This document shows positions 20,801 through 31,501 of a stretch of DNA of 32,000 bases, piece by piece. The position numbers were made by a program, and so were the translations under genes. The DNA comes from Paramicrosporidium saccamoebae KSL3 (taxonomy: Eukaryota; Fungi; Cryptomycota): the NCBI GenBank assembly GCA_002794465.1, contig MTSL01000186.1, positions 22,566 through 54,565 of the forward strand, given 5' to 3'. Positions within the stretch are counted from its first letter, which is position 1. Every line of letters begins with the position of its first letter. The notes beneath the pieces were generated by a model. That model ran no database searches. It was given only the letters and a program-made list of their open reading frames with translations, and was not told the origin of the DNA.

Positions 20801-21309
20801 CTTCGAGGTGTTTCGGCAACATGCGTGGGAGCAACTGGAGTCTCATCCCATCTATTTCTATTCTTGCTGCGCGGTGTGGCTGCTACTCCTGCCTCGTCCC
20901 ATTCAGATCTCCCAATTTTTCCTCCTTCATCGGCAGAAGTATCAGGTGTAGGCATGTCCCATCGACGCCTCTTTGACGGGCCGGCAGACGACGATGCGCT
21001 CTGTGGTTCCTCTCTCCTCTTTTCATACAATTTGCGTTCCAATTCATGCTTCTCACGTTCCAATTCACGTTCTTTCATAATTTCAGCATAGCTAGAGGCG
21101 CCCGAGTCTAGCGTGTCCATTCTGTCAGGAGAGACTGTGCGTATTCTGCGCTGTTTATATTCATCCTCACGGTCAGCAATACGAGAGGATTTACGGGAAT
21201 CTTGGGCTTGTCTGTCAGCTTCGTCCTGTCCATCCTCAAGCACCTTTTTTCGCTCTTCAATATAAAGCCTTGGGTTATTGAGAGGCCTACCTTTGTCGAA
21301 TTCGGACAT
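17853..21309 (-). CDS. SF3B1: Splicing factor 3B subunit 1 (SF3b155/Hsh155), ~1139 aa, one intron near the 3' end
   Basis: N-terminal RWDETP (ULM/TP) repeats and a HEAT region with [12 protein letters not shown] and [10 protein letters not shown]. After the intron at 18012-18048 the last exon reads [38 protein letters not shown]. Confidence 0.98.
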
Positions 21310-21366
21310 CCTGGTGCCCCGGCCAATGTTGGTGTGTCACTGTATGAGCGATGTGGGGGAAGGGGT

Positions 21367-21429
21367 GATGTGGGAGATGTAAAAAATGTGAGAGACGTGG
21401 GAGATGTAAGGAATATGAGATATGTGAGA
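21367..21429. repeat. Degenerate 9-bp minisatellite (7 units, 27-bp higher-order period)
   Basis: gatgtggga gatgtaaaa aatgtgaga gacgtggga gatgtaagg aatatgaga tatgtgaga. Confidence 0.85.
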
Positions 21430-21500
21430 GAATCTATCCTATTTACGGACCAGACAGAATCTTTAATAAAACATATAGTATCTTAATAAACTGCCGTCTA

Positions 21501-21554
21501 CAACACAACACAACACAATATAGCATAGCATAGCATAACATAGCAAAACATAAC
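21501..21554. repeat. Compound pentanucleotide microsatellite (CAACA)n-(TAGCA)n
   Basis: caaca x3, caata, tagca x3, taaca, tagca, aaaca, taac. Confidence 0.9.
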
Positions 21555-21765
21555 GGGATCAAGGCTGTTAATAATAAGCGGTACTGTCTAATAGGAGTAC
21601 TACTGCAAACCTCGCAGGTACGATGACTGGAGTGTATGGTCAAGTATACTTACCATGCAGTCTAAATGCCGTATCTAGGCAACCGAATTGGGCGAATGGC
21701 GTTGCAGCAATAGTTATTGAATAATCAAACAATACCACTGTGCAGACACTGCGATACTAAGCAGC

Positions 21766-23286
21766 ATGGTTGAAGGTCTACGAAATATGGAAGCCTCCCA
21801 GTCGGATGCTCTGAACCACGAAGTATCTGCCTTTTGTCTTCACCTGAATACCATACTTGCCACCTCTGAAGATTTGGGACGCTATCTTCCTCTAACAGAG
21901 AACAACTTATTCGAGAATCTTCGAGACGGCGTAGTCTTGAGCCACCTCCTCCATCATTATTATCCTGGATCAATTCGGTTGGAATCGCTGGTCAGGGGAT
22001 TGGATTTGAGTCAGATGAACCAGGTTCATACCAAGGTGATCTTTGAAGTTAACGCCAATCTCAACCTCGTCGTCTCTTCTGCCAAATCTATCAAGAATTT
22101 AGTGATTGTAAATCTTGGGGCTGAGGATATTCTGAACTGCAACCGAGATCTGGTGCTAGGATTGCTGTGGCAAATTTTCAACACTAAAATGGCCAGCAAT
22201 ATTAATCTTCAGGCTCACCCTGAGCTAGTAAGACTGGTCGAGGAGAATGAAACTTTGGCATCTCTTGTACAACTTAAACCAGAGGCACTACTGAATCGTT
22301 GGTTTAACCATCATCTGAAACGATCGGGTACGGAGCGTCGCGCGTCCAACCTTGGCCGTGACTTGATAGATTCAGAGCTGTATGTTCGGCTGATGCATCA
22401 AGTAGCCCCCAAGACAGTTTTCCAAGAAGACATTGAAGAAGTCATGGCAATTCCCTCAGACTCACATGAGGGCCTCTTGAAGCGAGCCGGAAAGGTCGCC
22501 GATCTGGCCCAAAGACTCGGGTGCCAAGAGTTTGCCTCTCCAGAAAATCTTGTACAAGGCCATCCCCGTCTGAATTACGCCTTTACCGCCACCCTTTTTA
22601 ACAAAAACATTGGACTGACTCTTGCGTCGGACGAAGATGTCCAACAGCTTCGTGATCAACTCAATGAGTCTTTAAAAGAGAACACTGAACTAAAGACGGA
22701 AATCCAGTTAATAGAGTTTGGATTGGCAACCACAACTGAAAGGTTCCAGGCGGATATGGATTTGCTTAAAGAGGAGATGTGCAAGCAAGAAATCGCAAAA
22801 AAAGCTGAGCTGGAGGAGCAATCGAATCGATTTGAATTGGCCAAAGAAGAGCTTGCATCACAATATCAAGACAGTCTCGAATCGGCCCTTGAAAGTGAAA
22901 AGCGCACACACCAAGACGAAATGTGGGATTTGCTTCTCAAGCAAAAGGAATCATGCAGACAATTGCTCGGAATCCTGGGTATCCTCCGTCAGCAATTCAC
23001 TACCGAAGAGCTAGAAGCTGCAAAATTCCAAGAGCCCGCGGGCGATGAACTTGAAATGGATTCGATTATCAGGGGGATCGGGGAGCTCTCCAGTAATTCC
23101 AGTCGCAAGGTAATTTCACTGGAAGCTGCTTCAGAGCATCTTCGTACGTCGGTCGCTCATAAAGAAAAGGTCAACGAGATTATGGGAGACAAGATTCGCG
23201 AGTACACTGAACAAGTCATTCATTGCAAGAAAGATGCGTCGCGCCGTGGATCCCTGCTTCGGAGAATTTTCACACAGGAAAAGTGA
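21766..23286 (+). CDS. Fimbrin/plastin-like single actin-binding domain (CH1-CH2) plus long coiled coil, intronless, 506 aa
   Basis: LFENLRDGVVLSHLL, IVNLGAEDILNCNRDLVLGLLWQI, KPEALLNRWFNHHL and GHPRLNYAFTATLFN are fimbrin ABD1 motifs. Residues ~285-500 are E/K/Q/L-rich and heptad-like. Confidence 0.9.
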   Translation: MVEGLRNMEASQSDALNHEVSAFCLHLNTILATSEDLGRYLPLTENNLFENLRDGVVLSHLLHHYYPGSIRLESLVRGLDLSQMNQVHTKVIFEVNANLNLVVSSAKSIKNLVIVNLGAEDILNCNRDLVLGLLWQIFNTKMASNINLQAHPELVRLVEENETLASLVQLKPEALLNRWFNHHLKRSGTERRASNLGRDLIDSELYVRLMHQVAPKTVFQEDIEEVMAIPSDSHEGLLKRAGKVADLAQRLGCQEFASPENLVQGHPRLNYAFTATLFNKNIGLTLASDEDVQQLRDQLNESLKENTELKTEIQLIEFGLATTTERFQADMDLLKEEMCKQEIAKKAELEEQSNRFELAKEELASQYQDSLESALESEKRTHQDEMWDLLLKQKESCRQLLGILGILRQQFTTEELEAAKFQEPAGDELEMDSIIRGIGELSSNSSRKVISLEAASEHLRTSVAHKEKVNEIMGDKIREYTEQVIHCKKDASRRGSLLRRIFTQEK

Positions 23287-23409
23287 ATTGCGAGTGTGGG
23301 AGTCAAGTAAGGACCCTTTATTAGAGCCCTTGATCCGTAGTTATACTATCTCACAGTGAGCATGACTACCGAATAAACAAATTGTGTACAGAGTTTAATC
23401 AACTTCTAT

Positions 23410-24478
23410 TCAATAGCTAAGCCATTCGGTGTAATACTGGCAAGTGGAGGGAGTGACAGGCCCAAAATCACAACATTGATCAAAAATTGGACATGTCCCA
23501 CAGGGCAAAGAACCGATCATTGACTGCGAGATTGATGACTGTACGGCCTTGTATACATAGATGTTGTCATCTTCGTCATCGGAAACAATTCGAGAGGGAA
23601 CAGATGCCATGGATACTACTTTTTCAACCAAACCGTCAAATACGAGGCGATTTAAAAGCATTGAAATGTCTTCTGCGGTTAGCTCAGCCGAAGTAACTTT
23701 GCTTTCCTGAACAAAATTTAACACTTGCTCGAGGCCAGGATACCCAACGTAATCTGCTGGAAGAATATGGCCCGGTTTTGTCGAAGTGCTCTAACAATAA
23801 GCACGGATAATTTCTTGGATACCTTGGATACAATGTATCGATGGCAGATTTTACACATTTCTTCAATAAACTCAGTGTCGAGTTCATTTTCACTAAACCA
23901 CGGGCCACCGGTTATCTCTGCTGACGGGTCCAAATGTGCCAGCATGTATACTTTACGAGTAGAATTCTACCAGATGAGAATCCAGATCGAGCTTACCTTG
24001 ACAGATTTCACCGATTTAATAAGCTTTCGAGACTCTAGTCCGCGCAGGACCTTTGTTATAATGGTCTGATGCAGGTTGGTGCGGCTTTTTAGATCTTTGG
24101 TCCATATTCCCTTATTATCGGATACTTTGATACACTGGTAGACAATTTTTTCGTCTCCTTCCAGCGCTGCCACCCTACACGTTCAAAAAGTCGGGTATTT
24201 GGATGGTACGTTGGCGATTCTTCGACGAGGATGGCGCGATATACAAGCCCTTCTGGACTCTTTAACAGTTCAAGTTGACCCTACGAATTCTTAGCAACCA
24301 GACGCAGTATACCTTTGAGACAAGACTGTTGATAGCAACCACAAGGTCGGCTGGTGCGACATCGGGATACATGGTCATGAACCCTTTATCGGTGACTCCC
24401 TAAAATTAAGAGCCACTAGAATAATTGTACATGAGAACTCTTTGTGCAAAAGTCCCAAAACAGCGCTTCAGCAGACAT
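23410..24478 (-). CDS. RPC34: RNA polymerase III subunit C34, 6 exons, ~302 aa
   Basis: Introns at 24400-24430, 24281-24312, 24175-24209, 23967-23996 and 23791-23822. Motifs KGIWTKDLKSRTNL, ITGGPWFSENELDTEFI, and the C-terminal Fe-S Cys motif PCGTCPIFDQC..TC. Confidence 0.95.
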
Positions 24479-24512
24479 TTCTCGGATCCCCTGCCAGTCT
24501 AGTGTGACATTG

Positions 24513-24632
24513 ATGTGCGAGTATGAGAACATGAAACTATGAGAGTTTTAGAGTACGAGAGTGTGAGATTGTGATAATGTGAGATTATGAGAGTATGGGA
24601 ATGTGTGACTATGAGAGTATGATAATGTTAGA
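24513..24632. repeat. Degenerate 8-bp minisatellite, 15 units, consensus NTRTGAGA
   Basis: atgtgcga gtatgaga acatgaaa ctatgaga gttttaga gtacgaga gtgtgaga ttgtgata atgtgaga ttatgaga gtatggga atgtgtga ctatgaga gtatgata atgttaga. Confidence 0.92.
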
Positions 24633-24738
24633 TAGTATTTATACAGATCAAAAGCCTCCGTCTTTACTATAAACACAAATTTCAAGGGAATATCCACAGA
24701 TCAAATGCCCCTGGCTTTACTACAAACACAAATCTGCT

Positions 24739-26248
24739 TTAACAAGCTGGACTTCCCGCTGCTCTAGGAACAAGAGTGACGTCACGGATGTTACTCGTAT
24801 TTGTCAAGTACTGAAGCAAGCGATCGAAGCCCAGGCCAAATCCTCCATGGGGCACAGATCCATATTGACGTAGATCACAATACCAGCGATAATTATCACT
24901 TGCAAGTCCAAAATAACTCATGGAAGTTTCTAGGGCATCGAGGCAATCCTCTCGCAGACTTCCCCCAATAACTTCTGCTACTTTGGGTAACAACAAGTCA
25001 AAACAGGCGACTGTAGACCTTTCCCAGTCCTTCCTATCAGATAGATTCTTGTCGTTGCTCTTCATATAGAAAGCTTTGCACGGAGCAGGATAATCATAAA
25101 TGAAAACGGGTCCCCCTACTACCACATCTGCAAGATACCTTTCATGTTCTGTCTGAAGCGGCATTCCCCATTCAATCTCCTTGACAGGACCATGGTCGGT
25201 CTTCTGCCCCAAAACTCTAATAGCTTCTCTGTAGGACATTCGCGCAAATGGACTCAAAAGGACATTTCGTCTTTGAACAAGTTCTTCAGTGTCAAATTGC
25301 TCCCAGCCTGGGATATTACTAATTGTGTTCTGAAGCATTGTCTCTGCAAATGACATGAGATCATGCACTGAATCTACAAAGCACATCTCAGCTTCAAGCA
25401 TTGTAAACTCTGCAAGATGCCGTGAAGTATTGTGCTTTTCGGCACGGAAAACTGGACCGAAAGTGTACACTCGGTTTAAGGCAGTCGCTGCCAATTCGGC
25501 ATAGAGCTGTGCAGAAACTGTGAGATAGGCGTCTTTTCCAAAAATTTCATTGCCGCCTTCAATTTTAAACGCTTCTCCTGCGCCTTCGCAATCAGAAAAT
25601 GTGATGGAAGGTGTGTGAACTTCAAGAAATTCATTACTAGCAAGGAAATTTCTGAGCGAGCGTGCAAGCTGACTACGAAGCCGAATAATAGAACTAAAGT
25701 GCAAAGTCCGCGGTCTGAGATGTGGAATGGATCTTAGAAAATCAGGACCCAACTCTTTGTTCTGCACGGGGTATGCCTAAGCACAGCTATTAAAATAGTG
25801 TGGTTGTACGTCTCCAGGACATTTCCCCAAGATCTTAATATCAGAAACTCGAATTTCTTTCAGTTGCCCTTGGCCGATGCTCGGGGCTAGTGAACCATGG
25901 GCCTCAACTGATGCTCCGACCTCTATTCTAGCTTTGTGAGAACAACAACTACATATACACTTACTGGTCCGATTGTGATGGACTGAGCACTAGTTGCACA
26001 TCTTGTGACGAGATGCCGTCATACAGTGCAAGGAATGAAACATTCTTGTGCCGACGAATTGAGCGCACCCAACCATGAACCGACACTTCCGACCCGATTT
26101 GGTATCGGCCGATTTCATGCAGTGTTGGTTTCAATTTTACCGCAGAACGCAAGAGCTCAGAATTTTGAAAAGGCCTCTGGACCGAATAGAACGCTCTTTG
26201 TGCATCTCTCGTGAAAACTAAAGCGGTTGAAACTTTGTAGAAACCCAT
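24739..26248 (-). CDS. SLM5: Mitochondrial asparaginyl-tRNA synthetase, 3 exons, ~479 aa
   Basis: ATG 26248 begins a presequence-like MGFYKVSTALVFTR. OB-fold VHGWVRSIRRHKNVSFL. Introns at 25928-25964 and 25777-25809. Class IIb motifs YLTVSAQL, FRAEKHNTSRHLAEF, PHGGFGLGFDRLL. LRSIPHLRPRT is typical of the organellar/bacterial-type AsnRS. Confidence 0.93.
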
Positions 26249-26505
26249 AGCACGGTGTCGGGTTTTGGGTATATAAACCGACCGGGGCTTGGAAGCGTTA
26301 TCTTTGCGCACGGGTAATCTCCACCAGTGACGTCCAGACGGAGGTGAGATGATTGCTAGTTGAAAACTATACCAATACCCCGCGAGAGGTGGTCTCTGAC
26401 TGCCAATCGCAATTTTTGCAACGTCGCCCTGAAAGGGACTAGCGGCGTCTACAGTAGTAACAAAATCAACTCTAACTAGAGGAGCAATTTTATTGTCTTG
26501 CCGTG

Positions 26506-29500
26506 CTAACCTACCGCGCGCTCGGAGAATATTAGTTTCAGAACAATGTCAATAATGGCAAAGACAAGTGTCTTGTTGAGCTCCTTGTGTTGGAGGGCGT
26601 GGAATATCCTGGTCATGCCACAAACCGCGTTGTACCTACCCGCCATGTTTTGCACAAAGTCAGGAGTGTGTTTTAGAAATATTGTGCGAGCGTCCACCAT
26701 GGTTGCAAACTTTTGGTCTTCACTTCGAATAGGTGGTGGGGGCCGTTTTGAGATGAAAACACCGTCAGGATACAACGCCTGTCGGGCCTCAGCCAGATAG
26801 AACAACACGGCTTCCTCACTTACAGCCTTGTTAATGCCTTCTGTTACAACCTTGTTAAGAGTGTCACCATACGCCTGTTTCAAGAGCTGCTTAAAGACAC
26901 CCAAGAGTTTTCTGCGCAACCATTGATTTGGTTCGCGGAGATCAAAAGTTTCAATAACAAAGGCAAAAAATGTTTCAACGAGCATTTCAATCTCAACATC
27001 GCTCAGTTCAGTCACCAAGGTCACTTTTGATGAATTTTCCTCCGGCTGCAAGCTCTTTTTCCGTAATTTCTTTGGCGGCAACTCGACTGAAGGGATTCTT
27101 TTCAGAGACTCGGTGTCCGAGGCGGCAGTCCTAATAACTGGGTCTATGGCCCGCTGAGGAGAGCTTGTTCTTCTTCGTACTGGCGACTCTCGACGCTGAC
27201 GGACGGGACTATTTGATGTGGATAGATCGGCCGCAGAGTGAAAGGTGAGAACTGGTAGAGCATCTGCTCCCGAGTCGGCCTGCCCAACGTCCACCGAGGT
27301 GTGTCGCTCCTTTGTTTCATAGAACTTGCTTCGTCGTTCATCAGTGGGGACACTGGAGCCTGATATCAGAAGAGTCGCAGATTTAAAGACGTCCTTGACC
27401 TTTTTCCCCACAATTGCCTCCATCACCTGTCCTGCTACAGATCGTTCCGATTCAAAGTCTCCATCCAACGATACAAATTCTCGAAGAATATTACTTTGGC
27501 GCACAAATTCATCCGAAATGATCATCTGCAGGTATGTTTGCAGTCCCTCGTCTAGTCGTTCAACTGAGCTAAGCAGCCCCACTTCAGGAAACGGGATTTT
27601 GCCAATTTTGGGAAATTGCTTCTTTAGGAGGCTGTGCAGCTTGTGAAACTCGGTGTAACTTCTTGTCACTAGCGAAAGTGTTGGACCCTCTTCATCGCCT
27701 GCTCGCAAAGTTGCCACTTTGACTTCAATATCAAATACAGGCTCAGATGCCATCACAGAACCCATGGTGGAGGACCACAAGGACGACAGCACATTTTCGC
27801 CGTCAGCAGGTTTTTGGTGAGTAAATGTCACAGTTACAGCGGCGTTCCTAAGATCCAACCATATTTCCTCTGTTTGGTTTTCAATACCTCTACTTTTCTC
27901 CTCCAACATTGCAAGGAGATTTTTCACATGAATCTCCAGTCCACGCTTTTCCTTCTTCAGAGATCGCACCACTGAATCCGATGTGTTTCCAACATGTTCA
28001 TACTTCTCCAACTGGTCTTCAATAAGAGAGAGCTTTTGTCGAGAAATGGAAATCTCGGTAGCAATTTTTTTCACATCTGATCCTGCATCGGGCATTTCAA
28101 ATTCTTTGTAATCGTCCAAATGATCGAAAGAGTTTGTTCTGGAGCGACCTCCAGTGGATATGGCCTGTTGACGTTCTTGGGATACCTGATCTCCATAGAC
28201 CCAGTTAGAGGGAACAGCGGAGCTGTCATGGCTGTAAATAGACATGCGATCATCATCCACGGTAAAATTCAGAGTCGCGAAACGGGCACGATCCATGAAC
28301 CTACCAAACGCCTCACTAGACTTGAATTTGGGGAAATATACTTCTTCAAGAACGTTGGCAACCCACTTGTATGCTGGTACGTAGATATTTGGCCCGATGG
28401 GTCCGCCAGTGTAATGATTGCTTTCGTTGACTCTGTCGGATCTCATTACCCACTCTTGAAGCTCCTGCTGCATTCCTGGATCTAGGGGAATTCGATAGCG
28501 AGAGTTATCTGCAAAGTGTGTAGAGAATACATCGGCAGCGTCGTGCTTAATGGTCTTTAGTTGCTCCAATTGACTAGGCGATAGAGACTCCTTCTGAAAG
28601 TAAATGTCAATCGCCGAGGGATCTTTGCTGTCAATGCCTAAAGACATTGCAGCAAACTGACGCAAGGCATCAACGTTCATCATAAACTGGAGATATGGAG
28701 GAGCTTTAACGCTGTTGAGATATTCCAAAAGTTCCATAAAGAGCTCATTGTTCTGTAGGGCAGCATCCAAGCTTATCGTAGTTTCGGGTCCATCAGCCTG
28801 TCCCGCTGCATAGGGTAAAGAAATTGTGTCCAGGACCGGAGAGTCCTCTTCTCTGTAAGGATCGGACAATTCGGGTTCCACTCTGAGCGCTTCATCATCA
28901 AAAGGATCCAGAGGTGGAGCTGGGCCAGGTGGCTTCACTCCACCAACTATGGTTGTGACATCAACCAGTATCTCTGCCGGAATAGCAGCCCTATTGACCG
29001 GCTGATCCTCGGCGCCTGGCTTCAGTGCAAATTTGAGCCAAATCGGTTTGGGCACAAACGGTTCATCAAAATCGGGCACTAATTTTGCATAGCCAAGGGA
29101 CTCGTCTTGGCTCATGTAGCTATACTGGCAGAGTTGAACATATATCTTCATATTGCCTCGGACGGCATTTGACAGCTTGCTAAATAATAAGCTTAACAGA
29201 ACCAGACCTACAATCGAAAGACTTCATTCCAGAGCTGATTTGGATCCCTCACCCTCCGGGTTTTCACTCTGCGTCCACCAATGTGAATAACCAAGTACAG
29301 GCCGCCAGAAACTGCATTTATAGGCAGGTGTTTGCCTCTCAACACTAAATATTAGAAATTATGACGCGATAGCACATTTTAAAATGACCATATTCCACCC
29401 AGCATCCACTTTTGGCATGGCCTCTTCAGGATCTTGCATATGCTTGACAATTTGTTCATTTATAAAGTCGGGATCTGCAATTCTGTCAATCAGCCCAGCC

Positions 29501-30411
29501 AGAGCATTTCCAGAAATAATTTCCTTCATCAGTGAATTCAAGAGGATGCTCCTCGATTCTTGCTTTGGGGCCAGCTTCTTCAGCAGCAGACCGGCGACCT
29601 GTCTCAGGTGCTCTAGTTCTTCACTGTAATTCTTGTGGTGAGTTCTACGACTTCGATGCGACATGATAAATCGATCCAGAGGCAATTTGCTCGTCTCAAA
29701 GCGACGGTATTCTTCCATGTGGACAATTAGAGCATTTGTGATACCATAGATTAAGAGTGTGGTAGTGTCATTATTTATGGCAGATCCAAATTTGATGAGA
29801 CTCATTACGGCGGCATTGACCGTGGACCTTACGCAAGACTGAAACTCATTCTCCCCACTCTTGCAAAGGGGAACAAACCAAGGATTGACAATTTCTGTAA
29901 TAATGTCATCTAGGAGTGCATCCAACTCTGCATCTATCCTTGGCGATATTGATAGGCTGAATGGACCGTGCCTGTCCACGTTGTCCGAATATTTCCGTGG
30001 AGACAATAGAGATTCCAAGAATGACTCCTCCTCGTGCCTTTTTGGCCTGACCATGGCTTCTGGGACAAAGTAAACATACCCTAGGATGACGCCAAAAAGA
30101 ACTAGGCCGATATAAAGGCGGACACCAGGGAGCATGTAAAGAACCACGAGAAATGCACCAAGTACAGGTAGTGTGTAGGGATGATGCCGGATAGAGTCAG
30201 GCAGCAATGCTCGAGACCTTCCAAGTTTATATAAAGCATCAACCCGCTTTACCCAGACATTTAAAAAAGATGCAGGCTGTAACAATTCAATGTCGGTGGC
30301 GGGAGTAACGGCCAGCTCTGCCAAAAGTTCGGCTTCCTCGCTCTCCTCCAGAATGGGTGAAGGACTACGACTTTGTACAGATGAGTTCCTCCTTCTGACT
30401 TCCTTTTCCAT
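26506..30411 (-). CDS. PXA-RGS-PX-PXC sorting nexin (Mdm1/SNX13/14/25 family) with an extra C2 domain, 3 exons, ~1280 aa
   Basis: Introns at 29345-29375 and 29180-29211 join the two large ORFs in frame. N-terminal TM pair; PXA (IITEIVNPWF); RGS-like (LLEYL..LQFMMNVD..VLEEVYFPKFKSS); PX (RSYTEFHKLHSLLKKQFP); PXC (NQWLRRKLLG..LQHKELNKTLVFAIID). Confidence 0.92.
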
Positions 30412-30654
30412 GGGTCGAGTGGAGATTGAGAGACGGAAGGGAAAGTTTCACAATTCGTATATAAACAGCCGAGACCGGTCCGTCCAATCAAACAAAGCTG
30501 AGCAAGTCTTGAGAATGACAGGGCTTGTGCCTGAGCCCCATTTCCAAATCAGCCACCCCAAGGTAAGAGGATATAGATTAGTAGTAATATACACATCTGG
30601 AGGAATGCGTTTATTATCCTCAAGAATGAGTTGTCCAATCAAATAGCATCGTCT

Positions 30655-31491
30655 ATGGCAAAGTATGTTTTAGAGCTCATTGCTTTGTTCGAGTTTGAGG
30701 GAAATCAGGGCCTTGTTCCGATTGCCCACTCCTCCTCGAACACTTCTTTGGATGATATACTGAGGCTGTCTCTCCCTGGAATGCTTCCTCGACCAGACAC
30801 TCCCAATACTATTCAGTTTACGTATGTCTCAGTAACCGATATTCTTATCCTCACAGAAAACTTGATGACAGAATTCTGATAACCTTTCCAGATTCAATTG
30901 AGAGCAAACACTATGCCAGAAATGTCTATTGCTATACACTGTTAATGTCATTAACAGAGGCGAATGCCGATGGCTGTAGTCAAGCTGCCTTTGGTCGCGT
31001 TGCCAGAGGCATTCTGCGCAGGCTGTCGGTCGCAGAATCAGAAATCCAGTTCTTGAGTCGAGCGGAAAATCAAAAAAGCCGCGTCCAGTCAATTTTAGAT
31101 TCCATTCGTTCCCAGCTCGCTCAATCAAAAATGTGTGCAGTCTGTGTGGGTAGGCACTTGCGTTTTTCCTACAATGGTAGACGAGTCGACGGGATTAATG
31201 ATGAACTTGAAATTGGAGGAGGCTGTACCAGCAGTGAATTTGGACGACATTACCGACGATTGTGTCCCAAAAATTGTTCGAGATGCCAATTCTTTGCAAG
31301 CACTTTTGGTCGATGAACTAGTCTACGAAGATGTCTTTGGACTAATTGACGGCCAAAGGACCCTGAGGCAGATTGCTACCACTGCACATGTCAACCTGGA
31401 CTCTGTACGCAAGGCTATCTGCGATTTAATGTATTCTCACCACTGCCTGTTAAAGATTTTAGATCATATGGGACAGTTGCCTGTTAGGTGA
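30655..31491 (+). CDS. NPR2: GATOR1/SEACIT subunit Npr2 (NPRL2)-like, ~245-255 aa; exact 3' end uncertain (stop at 31487 or 31491)
   Basis: Introns at 30822-30856 and 31150-31180, plus a possible one at 31431-31462. ITFPDSIESKHYARN, VAESEIQFLS, CAVCVDEST and LIDGQRTLRQIATTAHVNLDSVRKAICDL parallel NPRL2 motifs. Confidence 0.8.
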
Positions 31492-31501
31492 GAGGAAAGT
31501 T

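Noticed and set aside
21443-21643. 66-aa hydrophobic minus-strand ORF upstream of SF3B1
   Set aside because: It starts at TTG and its hydrophobic stretch is just the translated pentanucleotide microsatellite.
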